From NCBI RefSeq assembly GCF_009914755.1, contig NC_060937.1: a stretch of DNA of 64,000 nucleotides; one strand, written 5' to 3'. A program made the position numbers and the translations under genes. Of the stretch, positions 15,837 to 30,159 are shown one piece after another. How positions within the stretch are numbered: position 1 is the first letter of the stretch; each line of letters begins with the position of its first letter. Under the pieces are notes generated by a model that was not told the DNA's origin, made no database searches, and saw nothing but the letters and a program-made list of their open reading frames with translations. Source of the stretch: the human T2T-CHM13v2.0 reference genome, Homo sapiens.

Positions 15837-16580
15837 AGTTTTAGTTTCATCAGTCTTTTGGATGGTTTATTGCATCTCAATTTCCTTCAGTTCAGCTCTG
15901 ATTTTGGTTATCTCTTTTCTTCTGCTAGCTTTGGGATTTGTTTGCTCTTCGTTTTCTACTTCCTCTCAGTGTGATGTTAGGTTGTTAATTTGAGATCTGT
16001 CTTATTTTTTGATGTGGGCATTTAGCAATATAAACTTTCCTCTTAAAACTGTTTTAGCATGTCCCAGAGATGCTGGCATGTTCTGTCTTTGTTTTCGTAG
16101 TTCCAAAGAATTTCTTGATTTCTACCTTAATACACTGTTTACCCAAAAGTCATTCAAGAGCAGATTGTTTAATTTCCATGTAATCGTGTGGTTTTGAGAA
16201 ATCTTCTTAGTATTGATTTCTATTTTTATTGGTGCTATGGTCCAAGAGTGTGGTTGGTATGATTTCTGTTTTTTGAATTTGTTGAGAATTGTTTTATGAC
16301 CAATTGTGTGGTCTATTTCAGAGTATGTGCCATGTGCATATGAGAAGAATGTATATTCTGTTGTCGTTGGGTGGAGTGTTCTATAGATGTCTGTTAAGTC
16401 CATTTGGTCAAATGTTAACTTTAGGTCCCAGATATCTTTGTTAATTTTCTGTCTCAATGATCTGTCTAGTACACACTCAATGGCGTGTTGAAGAATCCCA
16501 CTATTATTTTGGGGGTTACCTAAGCCCTTTTGTAGGGCTCTCACAACTTGTTTTATGAATCTGAGTGTTCCTGTGTTGGG
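15837..16580 (-). repeat. 744-bp inverted repeat, left arm (100% identical to 19134-19877)
   Basis: Compared base by base with the reverse complement of 19134-19877 and found no mismatch; ORF 16009-16197(+) and ORF 19517-19705(-) give identical peptides. Confidence 0.97.
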
Positions 16581-19133
16581 TGTATATATATTTAGGATGG
16601 TTAAGTCTTCTTGTTGAATTGAATCCTTTATCATGTAATGGTGTTCTTTGTCTTTTTTGATACTTGTTTTAAAGTCTGTTTTGTCTGAAATTAAGACAGC
16701 AACCTCTGCCCTTTTTGTTTTCTCTTGGCTTAGATTTTTCTCCTTCCCTTTACTTTGAGCCTATGGGCATCATTTCATGTGAGATGGCTCTCTTGAAGAC
16801 AATATACAATTGGGTCTTGCTTCCCTATCCAACTTACCACTCTTTGCCTTTTAAGTGGGACATTTAGCCCATTTGCATTCACTGTTAATATTGATATGTA
16901 CAGATTTGGTTCTGTCATCGTGTTGTTAGCTAGTTATTATACAGACTTAATTGTGTAGTTGCTTTATAGTGTGAGTGGTCTGTGTACTTAAGTATGTTTT
17001 TGTGGTGACCAGTAACAGTATTTAATTTCCATGCTTAGCACCCTCTTGAAGACCTCTTTTAAGGTGGGTATGGTGGTAATGAATTCCCTTAGCATCTTCT
17101 TGTCTGAAAAGGATCTTATTTCTCCTTTGCTTATGAAGCTTAGTTTGGCTGGATATAAAATTATTAATTGGAATTTATTTTCTTTAAGAATTTTTAATAT
17201 AGGCCCATTCATCTTTTCTGGCTTGTAGGGTTCCTGTTGAGAGGTACGCTATTAGGTGTCTTTATTTTTTTTTTTCTTTCTCATTGACCTTGGAGAACCT
17301 GATAACTATGTGTCTTGGGATGGTTGTCTTGTATAGTATCTCACAGGGGTTCTCTGCATTTCTTGAATTTGAATCTCAATCTCTCTAGCAAGGTTAGGGA
17401 AAGTTTCATGGACAATATCCTCAAATATGTTTTTCAAGTTGCTTGCCCTTTCTCTCTCTCTTTCAGGGATGCCAATGAGCCATAGGTTTAGTCCCTATAT
17501 ATAATGACTTGTTTCTCGGAGGTTTTGTTCATTCTTTTGTATTCTCTTTTCTTTAGTTTTGCCTGACTGAACTGATTCTAAGAACAAGTCTTTGAGCTCT
17601 GAGATTATTTCCTCATCTTGGTCTATTTTGCTGTTAATACTTCTGATTGTGCTATGAAATTCTTATACTGTATTTTTCATCTCTATCAGTTTGGTTTGGT
17701 TCCCTCTTAAAATGACAATTGTGTCTTTCAGCTTTCGTATCATTTATTGGAATCCTTAAATTTTTTTTTGGATTGGGTTTTTACTTTCTCCTGAATCTTG
17801 ATAATCTTCATTCCTATCCAGATTCTGTATTCTATGTCTGTCGTTTAAGCCATTTCAGCCAGTTGAGAACCATTGCCAGGGAGTTAGTGTAGTCATTCGG
17901 AGGTAAGAAGACACTCTGGCTTTTTGAATTGCACTAGTTCTTTTTCATATGTGTGGGCTGATATCCCTTTATTGTTTGAAGTTGCTGTCCTTTGGATGGG
18001 TGTTTTGGGGTTTTGGGGTTTGGGGTTTTTTTTTTGTCTTTATATTCTTTGATGTCCTTAAGTGTTTGACTATGGTATAAAGTGGGTTCTGTCAACTGAC
18101 TTCATTTCTGGAAGATTCTAGGGGTCTGAGACTCAGTTTAGCACTCCTGAGCTTCATGCTTTAACCCTGCAGGGCAGGTACCAAACACAGGGCTTTGTTC
18201 TCTGGCCCCTCGAGGGTAAGCACCTGCTGTGCTGAAAGAGTGAATGCGTTCCTGGTCTGCTGACAATAACACTCAGTGGAGGATGCCAGCTAAAATGTTT
18301 CACTGGGGTGGTGGCAGCAGGGCCTGCACTCACATGTGCATGCCAGCAGCAGTGGCTTGTGGTGCGGGCATGCATTGGTGGAAGCAGAGCACTGGTGGGG
18401 ATAGGGTAGTAACATCCCTGTGGAGGCAAGGTGGTGTCTAGCCAAATGTGTTGACAGCAGAGGCTGTGCGGCAGGGCACACTCACATCAGGGGCAGGGTG
18501 CCAGCAAGGCAGGTTGGTGGCATCTGCACAGGGGCAGGATAGCAGCGTAGGTGTGCATGTATCGTCGGTGCATGGCAAGGTGCATACACTTATGCTGACA
18601 GCAGCTGGGTGGTGGGGCGCACATATGTGTGCCAGCAGGGGAAGGCAGTGAAGACCACTCACTCATGAGCACTGGCAAAGCAGTGGTGGGGGCACAGTGA
18701 ATGAGTGTATGGCAGTAAAGCAGTGGGGAGAGGGGCTGCAGGTGAGTGTACCTCAGCAAAGCAGTTGGGGAAGGCTGTAGGTGGGGAGGCTTCAGGGGGG
18801 TGGGTGCCTGTCAGTGGGGGCTTGTTTGCTGGAACCCCGCAATGGTCAGGTGCAGTCTGCCACCAAAGGAGCTATGGTGGCCGCTGCTAGAAGTACCATA
18901 GTTGGCCATTCCAGGCTGCACTGCTAGTGGGTGCAGCCAGGCAGCCACCTTGAGAGAAGCCGACAGAAAGGGAAGCACTCAGATCAGACCGGCCCCATTC
19001 CACAGGCAAGACCACCATGCTGTGTCTAGGTTTGACAGTCAACAAGGGCCCAAGCCACCTAGAGGAACTGTGTGAGCCTTGGGGGATGGGCATCCCTGAC
19101 TGTGCCCTACTGCAGTCGTTCTTGTGCTAAACC
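15837..19133 (-). mobile_element. Inverted internal block of the same L1: rest of the 5'UTR, degenerate ORF1 and start of ORF2
   Basis: Minus-strand ORFs 16122-16634 (IQQEDLTILNIYTPNTG, endonuclease) and 16988-17212 (ILYPAKLSFISKGEIRSFSDK, ORF1 C-terminus); GC-rich 5'UTR at about 18130-19133. Confidence 0.93.
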
Positions 19134-19877
19134 CCCAACACAGGAACACTCAGATTCATAAAACAAGTTGTGAGAGCCCTACAAAAGGGCTTAGGTAACC
19201 CCCAAAATAATAGTGGGATTCTTCAACACGCCATTGAGTGTGTACTAGACAGATCATTGAGACAGAAAATTAACAAAGATATCTGGGACCTAAAGTTAAC
19301 ATTTGACCAAATGGACTTAACAGACATCTATAGAACACTCCACCCAACGACAACAGAATATACATTCTTCTCATATGCACATGGCACATACTCTGAAATA
19401 GACCACACAATTGGTCATAAAACAATTCTCAACAAATTCAAAAAACAGAAATCATACCAACCACACTCTTGGACCATAGCACCAATAAAAATAGAAATCA
19501 ATACTAAGAAGATTTCTCAAAACCACACGATTACATGGAAATTAAACAATCTGCTCTTGAATGACTTTTGGGTAAACAGTGTATTAAGGTAGAAATCAAG
19601 AAATTCTTTGGAACTACGAAAACAAAGACAGAACATGCCAGCATCTCTGGGACATGCTAAAACAGTTTTAAGAGGAAAGTTTATATTGCTAAATGCCCAC
19701 ATCAAAAAATAAGACAGATCTCAAATTAACAACCTAACATCACACTGAGAGGAAGTAGAAAACGAAGAGCAAACAAATCCCAAAGCTAGCAGAAGAAAAG
19801 AGATAACCAAAATCAGAGCTGAACTGAAGGAAATTGAGATGCAATAAACCATCCAAAAGACTGATGAAACTAAAACT
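19134..19877 (+). repeat. 744-bp inverted repeat, right arm
   Basis: CCCAACACAGGAACACTC...GAAACTAAAACT; exact reverse complement of 15837-16580. Confidence 0.97.
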
Positions 19878-22790
19878 TTGTTTTTTGAAAGAATAAATAC
19901 GACTGATAGACTTCTAGCTAGAGTAATAAAGAAAAAAGGAGAAAAGATCCAAATAAATATAATTAGAAATGACAAAGGGAACACTACCATTGGCACCCCA
20001 CAGAAACACAAAAAAACCCTTAGTGACTATTATGAACACCTCTATGCACACAAACTAGAAAACCTTAAAGAAATAAATTCCTGAAAACATATGAACTCCC
20101 AAGATTGAGCCAGGAAGAAATGAAAACCCTGAACAGACCAATAATGAGTTTTAAAATTGAATCAATAATAAAAAGTCTACAACCCAAAAAGATTCCTGGA
20201 CCAGTTGGATTCACAGATGGATTCACCCAGACATGTAAAGAAGAGCTTAGTACCAATCCTACTGAAACTATTTCGAAAATTTGTGGAGGGGAGAACTCCT
20301 CCTTAACTTATTCTATAAGGCCAGCATCATTCTATTACCAACAACCAAAAAAAAATTTTGGGGCAATATCTCTGGTGAACACAGATGCAAAAATCCTCAA
20401 CAAGATACTAGAAAACCAAATCCAGCAACACACTGACAAGCTAATCCACCATGATTAAGTAGTGTTTATTCCTGGAATGCAAGGTTGTTTCAATATACAC
20501 AATTAAATCAGTGTGATTCATCACATAAACAAGAACCATATGATTATCTCAATAGATGCAGAAGGGGCTTTTGATAAAAGTCAACATACCTTCATGTTGA
20601 AAACTCTAGACAAAGTAGGAATTGAGGGAACATATTTCAAAATAATAAGAGCCATCTATGAAAAACCCACAGCTGATATCATAACAAATGGGCAAAAGCT
20701 GGAAGCATTTCCTTTGAGAACTGGAACAAGACAAGGATTCCCACTGTCACCACTCCTAGTCAACACAGTACTGGGAGCACTTGCAGAGCAATGAGGCAAG
20801 AGAAAGAAATAAAAGGCATCCAAATAGGAAGTGAGGAAGTCAAGCTATCACTGTAGACAATATGATTTTATGCCTAGAAAACTGCATTGTGTCTACCCGA
20901 AAGCTCCTAGGTTTGATAAACAACTTCGGTATCAATGTACAAAAATCAGAAGCATTTCTACACTAACAACATCCTAGCTGAGAGCCAAATCAAAAATCAA
21001 TCCCATTCACAATTAGCTGGAAAAAGAATAAAATAGCTAGGAATAGAACTAACGAGAGAGGTGAAAGATCTCTACAATAAGAATTACAAAACACTGCTGA
21101 AAGAAATCACAGACAATACAAAGAAATGGAAAAAAATTCCATGCTCATGGATACGAATAATCACATTGTTAAAATGGTCATACTGCCCAAAGCAATGTAT
21201 AGATTCAATGCTATTCCTAGCAAATCATCAATGACATTTTTCACAGAATTAGAGAAAGCTATTTTAAAATTCATATTGAAACAAAAAAGAGCCTGAAGAA
21301 CAAAGTCAATCCTAAGCAAAAAACAAAATTGGAGACATCACATTACTCAACTTCAAACCATACTACAAGACTGCAATAACCAAAACAGCATAGCTCTGGT
21401 ACAAAAACAGACACATAAAACAATGGGATAAAAATAGAGATCCTAGAAATAAAAGCTCCATACTACATCCAACTGATACTTGACAAAGTCAACAAAACCA
21501 AGCAATGGGGAATGGAGTTTCTATTCAAGGAATGGTGCTGGGATAACTGGTTAGCCACATGCAGAAGGTTGAAACTGGACACCTTCTTTTTACCGTTCAC
21601 AAAAATCAATTCAATATGGATTAAAGACTTAAATGTGAAGCCTAAAACTAGAAAAATCCTAAAAGAAAATGGAAATACCATTATGGACATAGTCCCTGTC
21701 AAAGATTTTATGGCGAAGACTATAAAAGCAATTGCAACAAAAACAAAAATTGTCAATGAGATCTAGTTAAACTGAAAAGCCTCTGCATAGCAAAATAAAC
21801 TGTCAGTAAAGAGACAACCTACGGAATGGAAGAAAATATTTGCAAACTATGTATCTGACAAAGTTCTAATATCCAGAGTCATAAGAAACTTAAATCAACA
21901 AGCAAAAAACAACCCCACTGAAAACAGGGCAAAGGACATGAACAGACACTTCTCAAAAGAAGACATACATACAACCAACAAGCATATGAAAAAATGTTCA
22001 ACATGATTGATCATTAGAGAAATGCAAGTCAAAACTACCTGAGATACCATCTCATGCCAGTAAGAATGGCTATTAATAAAAAGTAAAAAAATAAAAGATG
22101 CTGGTAAGGTTGTGGAGAAGAGGGAATGCTTATACTTTGCTGGTAGGAATGTAAATTAATTCAGCTACTGTGGAAAGCTGTTTGAAGATTTCTTATAGAA
22201 TTTAAAATGGAGCTGCCATTCGGCCCAGAGCTACCATTCAGCTCAGCAATCTCATACTGGGTATATACCCAAAGGAGTGTAATTCATTCAATCATAAAGG
22301 CACATGCATGTACATATTCACTGCAGAACTATTCACAATAGCAAAGACATGGAATCAATCCAGATGCCCATCAATGGTGGACTGGATAAAGAAAACGTGG
22401 GTACATATACACCATGGAATACTATACAGCAATAAAAAAGAATGAGATCATGTCTTGTGCAGCAAGTTGGTTGGAGCTGGAGGCCATTATCCTAGGTGAA
22501 TTAATGCAGTTATGGAAAACCAACTACTTCACGTTCTCACTTATAAGTGGGAGCTAATCATTGAGTACCCAAGGACACAAAGAAAGGAAGGATAGACACC
22601 AGAGCCTACTTGAGAGTGGAGAGAGGGAGAAGGGTCGAGATAAAAGAAGTACTTCTCAGGTACTATGCTTATTGCCTGGGTGATGAAATAATCTGTGCAT
22701 TAAACCCCCGTGGCATGCAATTTACCCATATAACAAACAGACACATGTATCCCTGGAACCTAAAGTAAAAGTTGGAAGAAAAGTAAAAAA
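19134..22790 (+). mobile_element. L1PA15/16-type ORF2 (degenerate) and 3'UTR
   Basis: RT-domain peptides [48 protein letters not shown] with many stops and frameshifts; 3'UTR ending ACCTAAAGTAAAAGTTGGAAGAAAA. Confidence 0.93.
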
Positions 22791-22791
22791 C

Positions 22792-23218
<427 letters not shown>

Positions 23219-23574
23219 TCATTACTTAACTTACATATTTGTAGGACAACTTCACCTTCTCTCCTCCACATCTCTGATATATCTTCTTTTCAATATCAGA
23301 CATCATTTCCCTACTTTTTATGCACACTATCAGGTACTCAGACAATGGCTTTAAACCTTATTTTATTTCCTTTTGTTCCCAATCATATGGACAGTTAATT
23401 TTCCTTGATGTAGTATTTTGGTTACAAAAGAATGTGATAATATGCCTTCTAGAAAGTGCATATTAGAAAGAAGCACTGTCATATTTTTCCAGTTGTACCA
23501 AGGAGTGGGTTTTAAGGTTTCAGTAGAGAATCTTGTGATATTGTTTCTTTATAATAATGATCATAGCAATGGCA

Positions 23575-23700
23575 ACTTATTGAGTATTTACTTGGTGTTA
23601 GATACAAAACAAAGTGTATTATTTAAATGATCATATTCAATCTTTACTGCTGCTCATGAGTGAATATTGTTTCCAAGCTAAGATAAAGTAACTGGAGACC
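23575..23700 (-). mobile_element. MIR fragment
   Basis: AACTTATTGAGTATTTACTTGGTGTTAGATAC...ATTCAATCTTTAC. Confidence 0.6.
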
Positions 23701-24006
23701 ACGAATGGTCTGGCCAAGATGGCCTTAGCATTTTCCTTAATTGACTTAATTTAACAGGCTTCTTTGTAACTCAGGCCCCTGATGTCCTTTTTCCTTAGAA
23801 CATTTTCTTGAGAAAACTTGTTATTGTCAATTCTTTCTTTGTCTATTTGAGATATACATCTTTTTAAAAGCTTCTTGCCAATTTTACAACTCAGGAATGT
23901 CTCTCTCAAGGTCCTGGAAGACATGTCTTTGAAATGTCATCAGCAGGAAAAATAGAGCCCCTCTGTGCCAGTCTCTGTGGGAGGGCAGGAGTCTAACTTG
24001 GTGGGC
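23700..24006 (+). mobile_element. ERV1 LTR fragment (MER67/MER31 group)
   Basis: ACAGGCTTCTT...GGCCCCTGA...CAGGAATGTCTCTCTCAAGG...TTTGAAATGT...GTCTCTGTGGGAGGGCAGGAGTCTAACTT. Confidence 0.65.
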
Positions 24007-24407
24007 TTATGTATTTATTTTGAAAATAAATACTGGAATAATAAATATATAAATAAAGTTTTCCTTGCAATATAAATGGGTGTATAAATGAAGAATAGGG
24101 TAAAAGGACTGTAGCGTTAGGAATATATATTGACGTGTAGATTAAAACCATTCGCAACTACAAACTAAACACAAAATGCTTCCTGACCGGTGTGTGCATT
24201 TTCATCTTTTACTGTGGATTCTGATGATTAAATAGCCAACTTTTTAAGCACATACCCAGTATATAAATAAATGATGATAGAACTTTATAAAGGACTTTCT
24301 GTCTGAAACCTCCAATTAGTGTTAAACGAACTGAGTGAAGATCATCTTGCTTATGGCTTAGTAATCTTTGACTTTATGTTTCTTATTAAAGATAAACCCA
24401 TACGTTT

Positions 24408-24409
<2 letters not shown>

Positions 24410-24452
<43 letters not shown>
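24410..24452. repeat. (TG)n microsatellite
   Basis: Directly visible. Confidence 0.97.
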
Positions 24453-24455
<3 letters not shown>

Positions 24456-24478
24456 ATTAAAGCAATGAGAGATAATAG

Positions 24479-24809
<331 letters not shown>

Positions 24810-25570
24810 TAAACTTGAGTGAACAGATAGGTATTTGAATAAAAAGATTCTGGCTATACGTCTTTTAAATAATACATTTATGGTTATGTTAATTCACAGG
24901 ACCTGGTTTTATTAGGGAACTAAAATATGTCAAAAAAAGGAGAAAAGTTTTTGCCTTTATAATACTAATAGCATTATTAATACTCTTGTGAAAGACTTGA
25001 AAGAGAGCAGTTTTTCAATAAAAACTTGAAGCAGAGCAAAAAGTTAACTGAGTGTCTTCAACGGAAAAACTAGGCCTTGTCTAAGTACATCCCCCGGGTT
25101 ACTTGATTCTATGATGTCTCTGAACCTTTCACTGCAAATTATTCTTGCTCATAGATATGCAAATGAATATCATCTGGGTGTGGTGCAATTGATTCCCTAT
25201 TCTCATCTTTTGGAATAAGCTAATTTTTCAATTGTGTATGTTAATTTCAGCAGTTATAACAACTTACTTGTTTCTTCATTAACTCACAAGTTAAATAAAA
25301 TATTTGACATGTATTTATATTTGTATGAGTCATGATTATATCTGTTAAAAATTATTTAATACCATACTTAGCTATGTTGTTAGAATATCTTTTGTTTATT
25401 ACCTAGAGGTGTTGAAGTACGTCTGAAAATTTATTCTTAAGATGGAGAAATAACACCTTGATGAATGACATGTGTGGTATAAAAATATTATTATGTTTAT
25501 ATGGCTATTTAAAGTTTCCACAAATATTAAATATTTATAAGACTGATATTGAGAATTGCTAAGTAACTCA

Positions 25571-25940
<370 letters not shown>

Positions 25941-26479
25941 GTAGTAATAATACAACCATTATGGCCCATTCTCCAAAAGTATAATAGATGTCTTTGAACT
26001 TAAAAATTGTGCTAAAATTCCGTCTCAATAGAAGGCTTATTTCATAGTTTCTAATCAAAATAATTTTGTAATGATTGACTTTGAAAGGTTTATAATTGAA
26101 TAAGTAGTTTTCATTTTCTTGATAATTTTGTTTTTGAGACTCATACGGTAATGTAAAATACAGAAATGAGACTTAAGCCTTTTAATAAAAATGCTATTTT
26201 GTCAATTTGTCTTGACTCATTTTTTTAAGAAAGCAAAAATATGAATAAGAAAAATTTTACAATAAATAATAATATCTAGTTATAATTATATTGAAGTTGA
26301 AATGTGAAAAGACAAGTGGTGCTGCTTCAAAGAATCACTTGTTTGTCATTAGATAGATGGATCTTTATATGCCAAATCTACCTACCTAGATAGAAACAAC
26401 TTAATGCCTGTGGAAATAACAAATGCCATCTATCGTTTGTCTACCCTTTGTAGGAATTCATTTTTATGCAGAACAATTT

Positions 26480-27420
<941 letters not shown>

Positions 27421-27779
27421 TTTTTAAATATAAAACAAAAACAGTATAGAAAGCTCTGAATGCAGATATTGATATGTTTGTGTATGTTTGAGGGTAGGAA
27501 AGTGGAAAAGGTAGGAGATGACTTACATTCTCTGTAAATGTCCTTCTAGAATTTCATTAGTCATAATGATTAAATGATACTTTGACAAATTAAATAATAA
27601 TAATAATGAGTTTAAGAGAAGATTTATGTAGAAGTCATATGAAAAAGAATATATTTCCCTTTATGTTTATTTTTCTGTTTTTTTTCTCCTTTTCAGATTA
27701 GAGTGTTTTTTTGTTCAAAACTTAGAGATTAATGCATATGTATTGTTAAACTTCTTGGGAAGAAAAACACTCATCAGCT

Positions 27780-28000
27780 CTGAGCACACTCTCTGAATTC
27801 ACATAGCTCTGATTGGAAAGTTGGTGTAGCTACTAATTAGCTGTGTGACTGTGTGGATATCACTGGCGTTTTAAGAACGTATTTCATCATCTCTCAAAAG
27901 GGAAACAACTGCTTCTTGGAGTCTTTGTGAGAATTCTGGGCTAGTGGAAGCACAGCACTTAATACCATGACTGCTGTGTTATAAACATGCAGCAAATGCT
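27780..28000 (+). mobile_element. MIR
   Basis: GCTACTAATTAGCTGTGTGACT...TTTCATCATCT...TTGTGAGAATT. Confidence 0.65.
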
Positions 28001-28094
28001 CCTCATTGTCATCAGTAACATGCCGGTTACACAGTGGGCACTAAAAGAGTGCTAGTTTCCTTATGTTTCAGCCCACAGAAGACTTTTCATATAA

Positions 28095-29290
28095 TCCTTA
28101 TTCATTTCCTAGTAAATTATTGATAGTTCTCAGATATTTGTAATCATGCATCATTCTAAGTGCTGGAGATACAGCAGTAAATAAAATTGACAAACTCCCT
28201 GCCTTCTTGTAATGTACACTCCAGTGTGGGACCATACACTGTATACAAAAGAAGTAAACATGTAATGTCACATAGAGATAAGGGCTATGACATAGAGCAA
28301 GGCGAAGGTCAAAAAGTGATAGGGGCTGCTGGATTAGATGGTCAGAGATGCCTCTGTTGTAGCTATTATTAAGCCTCAGTAGAGACTTAACTGAAGGAAA
28401 GGAATGAACCTTGTTATTAACTGAGAGGAGTGCATGTCAGCTGGAGGAAAAAGGAATTATAAAGCCTTCAAGCATTTTTGGTTTGTTGAACAGCAAAGAG
28501 GGCAGTGTGGATGAAACAGAATGAATGAATAGAGTAGTGAGATGAGATTGAAGAGGGCGCCAGGCGCTAAATTGAGTAAGGCTTTGAATTCTATTTTTAG
28601 TGGAATGGAAATTCACTGAAAGGTTTTGAGAAGGTATGGGGGCTGAGCGAACATAGATTAAGGCCATTGGTAAACATATGAAGTGGCAATAGCCCAGGTG
28701 AGAGAAATGTGAGAGGATTTAGGCAAAGATCCTTGAGCAGGAGGGGTTGAAAAATGCTCACATCCTAGATACCCTTTAAAGTTATAACTGATTGACTGTG
28801 GGGTGTAAGAGGAGCTAAGGATGACTCCACACTTTTATGATTTATGGTTATTCTAAACAGAAAGAATGGTGTTGCATTTCTGGCATGTGGAATATGGGGG
28901 AAGATGGGTTTTATGGAAGGGAATAAAAAGTTATGTTTTGGTTATTTAGATTTCAGAGGTTTATTTAAAGTTCAAATGCAGACATTATTAGTAAGTCAGA
29001 TATAATAGGGTGACCAAATAATTGGTCATTTTAAACAGGGCACTTTTTAGAGTGAAAGAGGCTACTAACTTGTGGGAAGCTAAGACAGGTATGAACTTGA
29101 ACTGTCCTAGGGGTGAGTGGTCACCTTCAATGTAAGAATTTAGAATTTAATGAAAAGACTTAATGGCTAGAGTTATATGTGGAAGTCATCAGTGTATAAC
29201 AGTATTTAGCCAGGGGATCAGATGAGGTCACCTAAGGAGTGAGTATAAAAAGACAAGAGGTTAGGAGATCAACAACTGAACGCTGATTGC
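28095..29290 (-). mobile_element. L2 (L2a-like), interrupted by MER94
   Basis: TTCTAAGTGCTGGAGATACAGCAGTAAATAAA; CACTGAAAGGTTTTGAG; GGAAGTCATCAGTGTATA...GATGAGGTCACCTAAGGAGTGAG. Confidence 0.8.
29006..29128. mobile_element. MER94-like hAT-Blackjack MITE
   Basis: Terminal inverted repeats TAGGGTGACCA...TGGTCACCTT; internal CACTTTTTAGAGTGAAAG. Confidence 0.75.
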
Positions 29291-29659
29291 AACACTTAGT
29301 AATAGAGAATAAATTTATAACAAAGAAATAAGGACCATTGTGTGAGAGATATAAGTACCATGTTATATAAGAGTAGCAAGTGGTAAATTAAACCTAGAAT
29401 CAAGATCTGTCCTTTTACTTAGGTTATTTACATTACTGTAGGTGATAAACAAGGAAAATATGCTTGGTAAAAGAGCAAGTTTAATTTTTTAGTTGATTTT
29501 TATTTTTATTTTATCAAAGTACGTATTTGGTGAAAAAAATCAAATATTATTATAAGATAACTTAATCAGAATCATCCTTTTCTAATACTTTATATGACAT
29601 AGGTTGAAAATGAAAGGGCAATTGTTTTTACCTCTTCTTTTGACCTTTAATTCGTATTT

Positions 29660-29755
29660 CTAAATATTAAAGTAATGTGAATAATAATAGCACCTACCTT
29701 ATAGGAATGTTGGGAAGATTAAATAAAGTAATATATATAAAATGTAAGGGCTAAA
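29660..29755 (+). mobile_element. MIR fragment
   Basis: ATAATAATAGCACCTACCTTATAGG...GATTAAATAAAGTAATATATATAAA. Confidence 0.75.
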
Positions 29756-29767
29756 TGTGTTAATTGT

Positions 29768-30119
29768 TGTATTAGTCCATTTTCATGCTGCTGATAAAGA
29801 CATACCCAAGACTAAGAAGAAAAAGAGGTTTAATCGGACTTACAGTTGTATATGGCTGGGGAGACCTCAAAATCATGGTGGAGGCAAAAGGCACTTCTTA
29901 AATGGTGGTGGCAAGAGAAAAATGAGGAAGAAGCAAAAGCAGAAACCCCTGATAAACCCTTCAGATCTCGTGAGACTTATTCACTATCATGAGAATAGCA
30001 CGGGAAAGACCAGCCCCCATGATTCGATTACCTCCCCCTGGGTTCTTTCCACAACGTGGGAATTCTGGGAGATACAATTCATCTTGAGATATGGGTGGGG
30101 ACACAGGCAAACCTTATCA
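29768..30119 (-). mobile_element. THE1 (THE1A-like) MaLR solo LTR
   Basis: TGTATTAGTCCATTTTCATGCTGCTGATAAAGACATACCC...GGGGACACAGGCAAACCTTATCA; TSD ATTGT/GTTGT. Confidence 0.93.
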
Positions 30120-30159
30120 GTTGTTATTGTTACTTTTAAAATTCATTAATATTTTTAAA

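Noticed and set aside
18154-19093. Dense overlapping ORFs in GC-rich sequence
   Set aside because: This is the inverted L1 5'UTR; the ORFs reflect GC content
15837-19877. Twin priming or two independent L1 insertions as the cause of the inverted repeat
   Set aside because: The 5' terminus stays in sense and the arms share every private mutation, which neither model predicts without later homogenisation
16122-21766. ORFs with endonuclease, RT and ORF1 motifs as functional CDS
   Set aside because: They are fragments of a decayed L1 broken by many stops and frameshifts; it cannot retrotranspose
27660-27700. Strong polypyrimidine tract plus CAG acceptor
   Set aside because: No convincing downstream donor or reading frame
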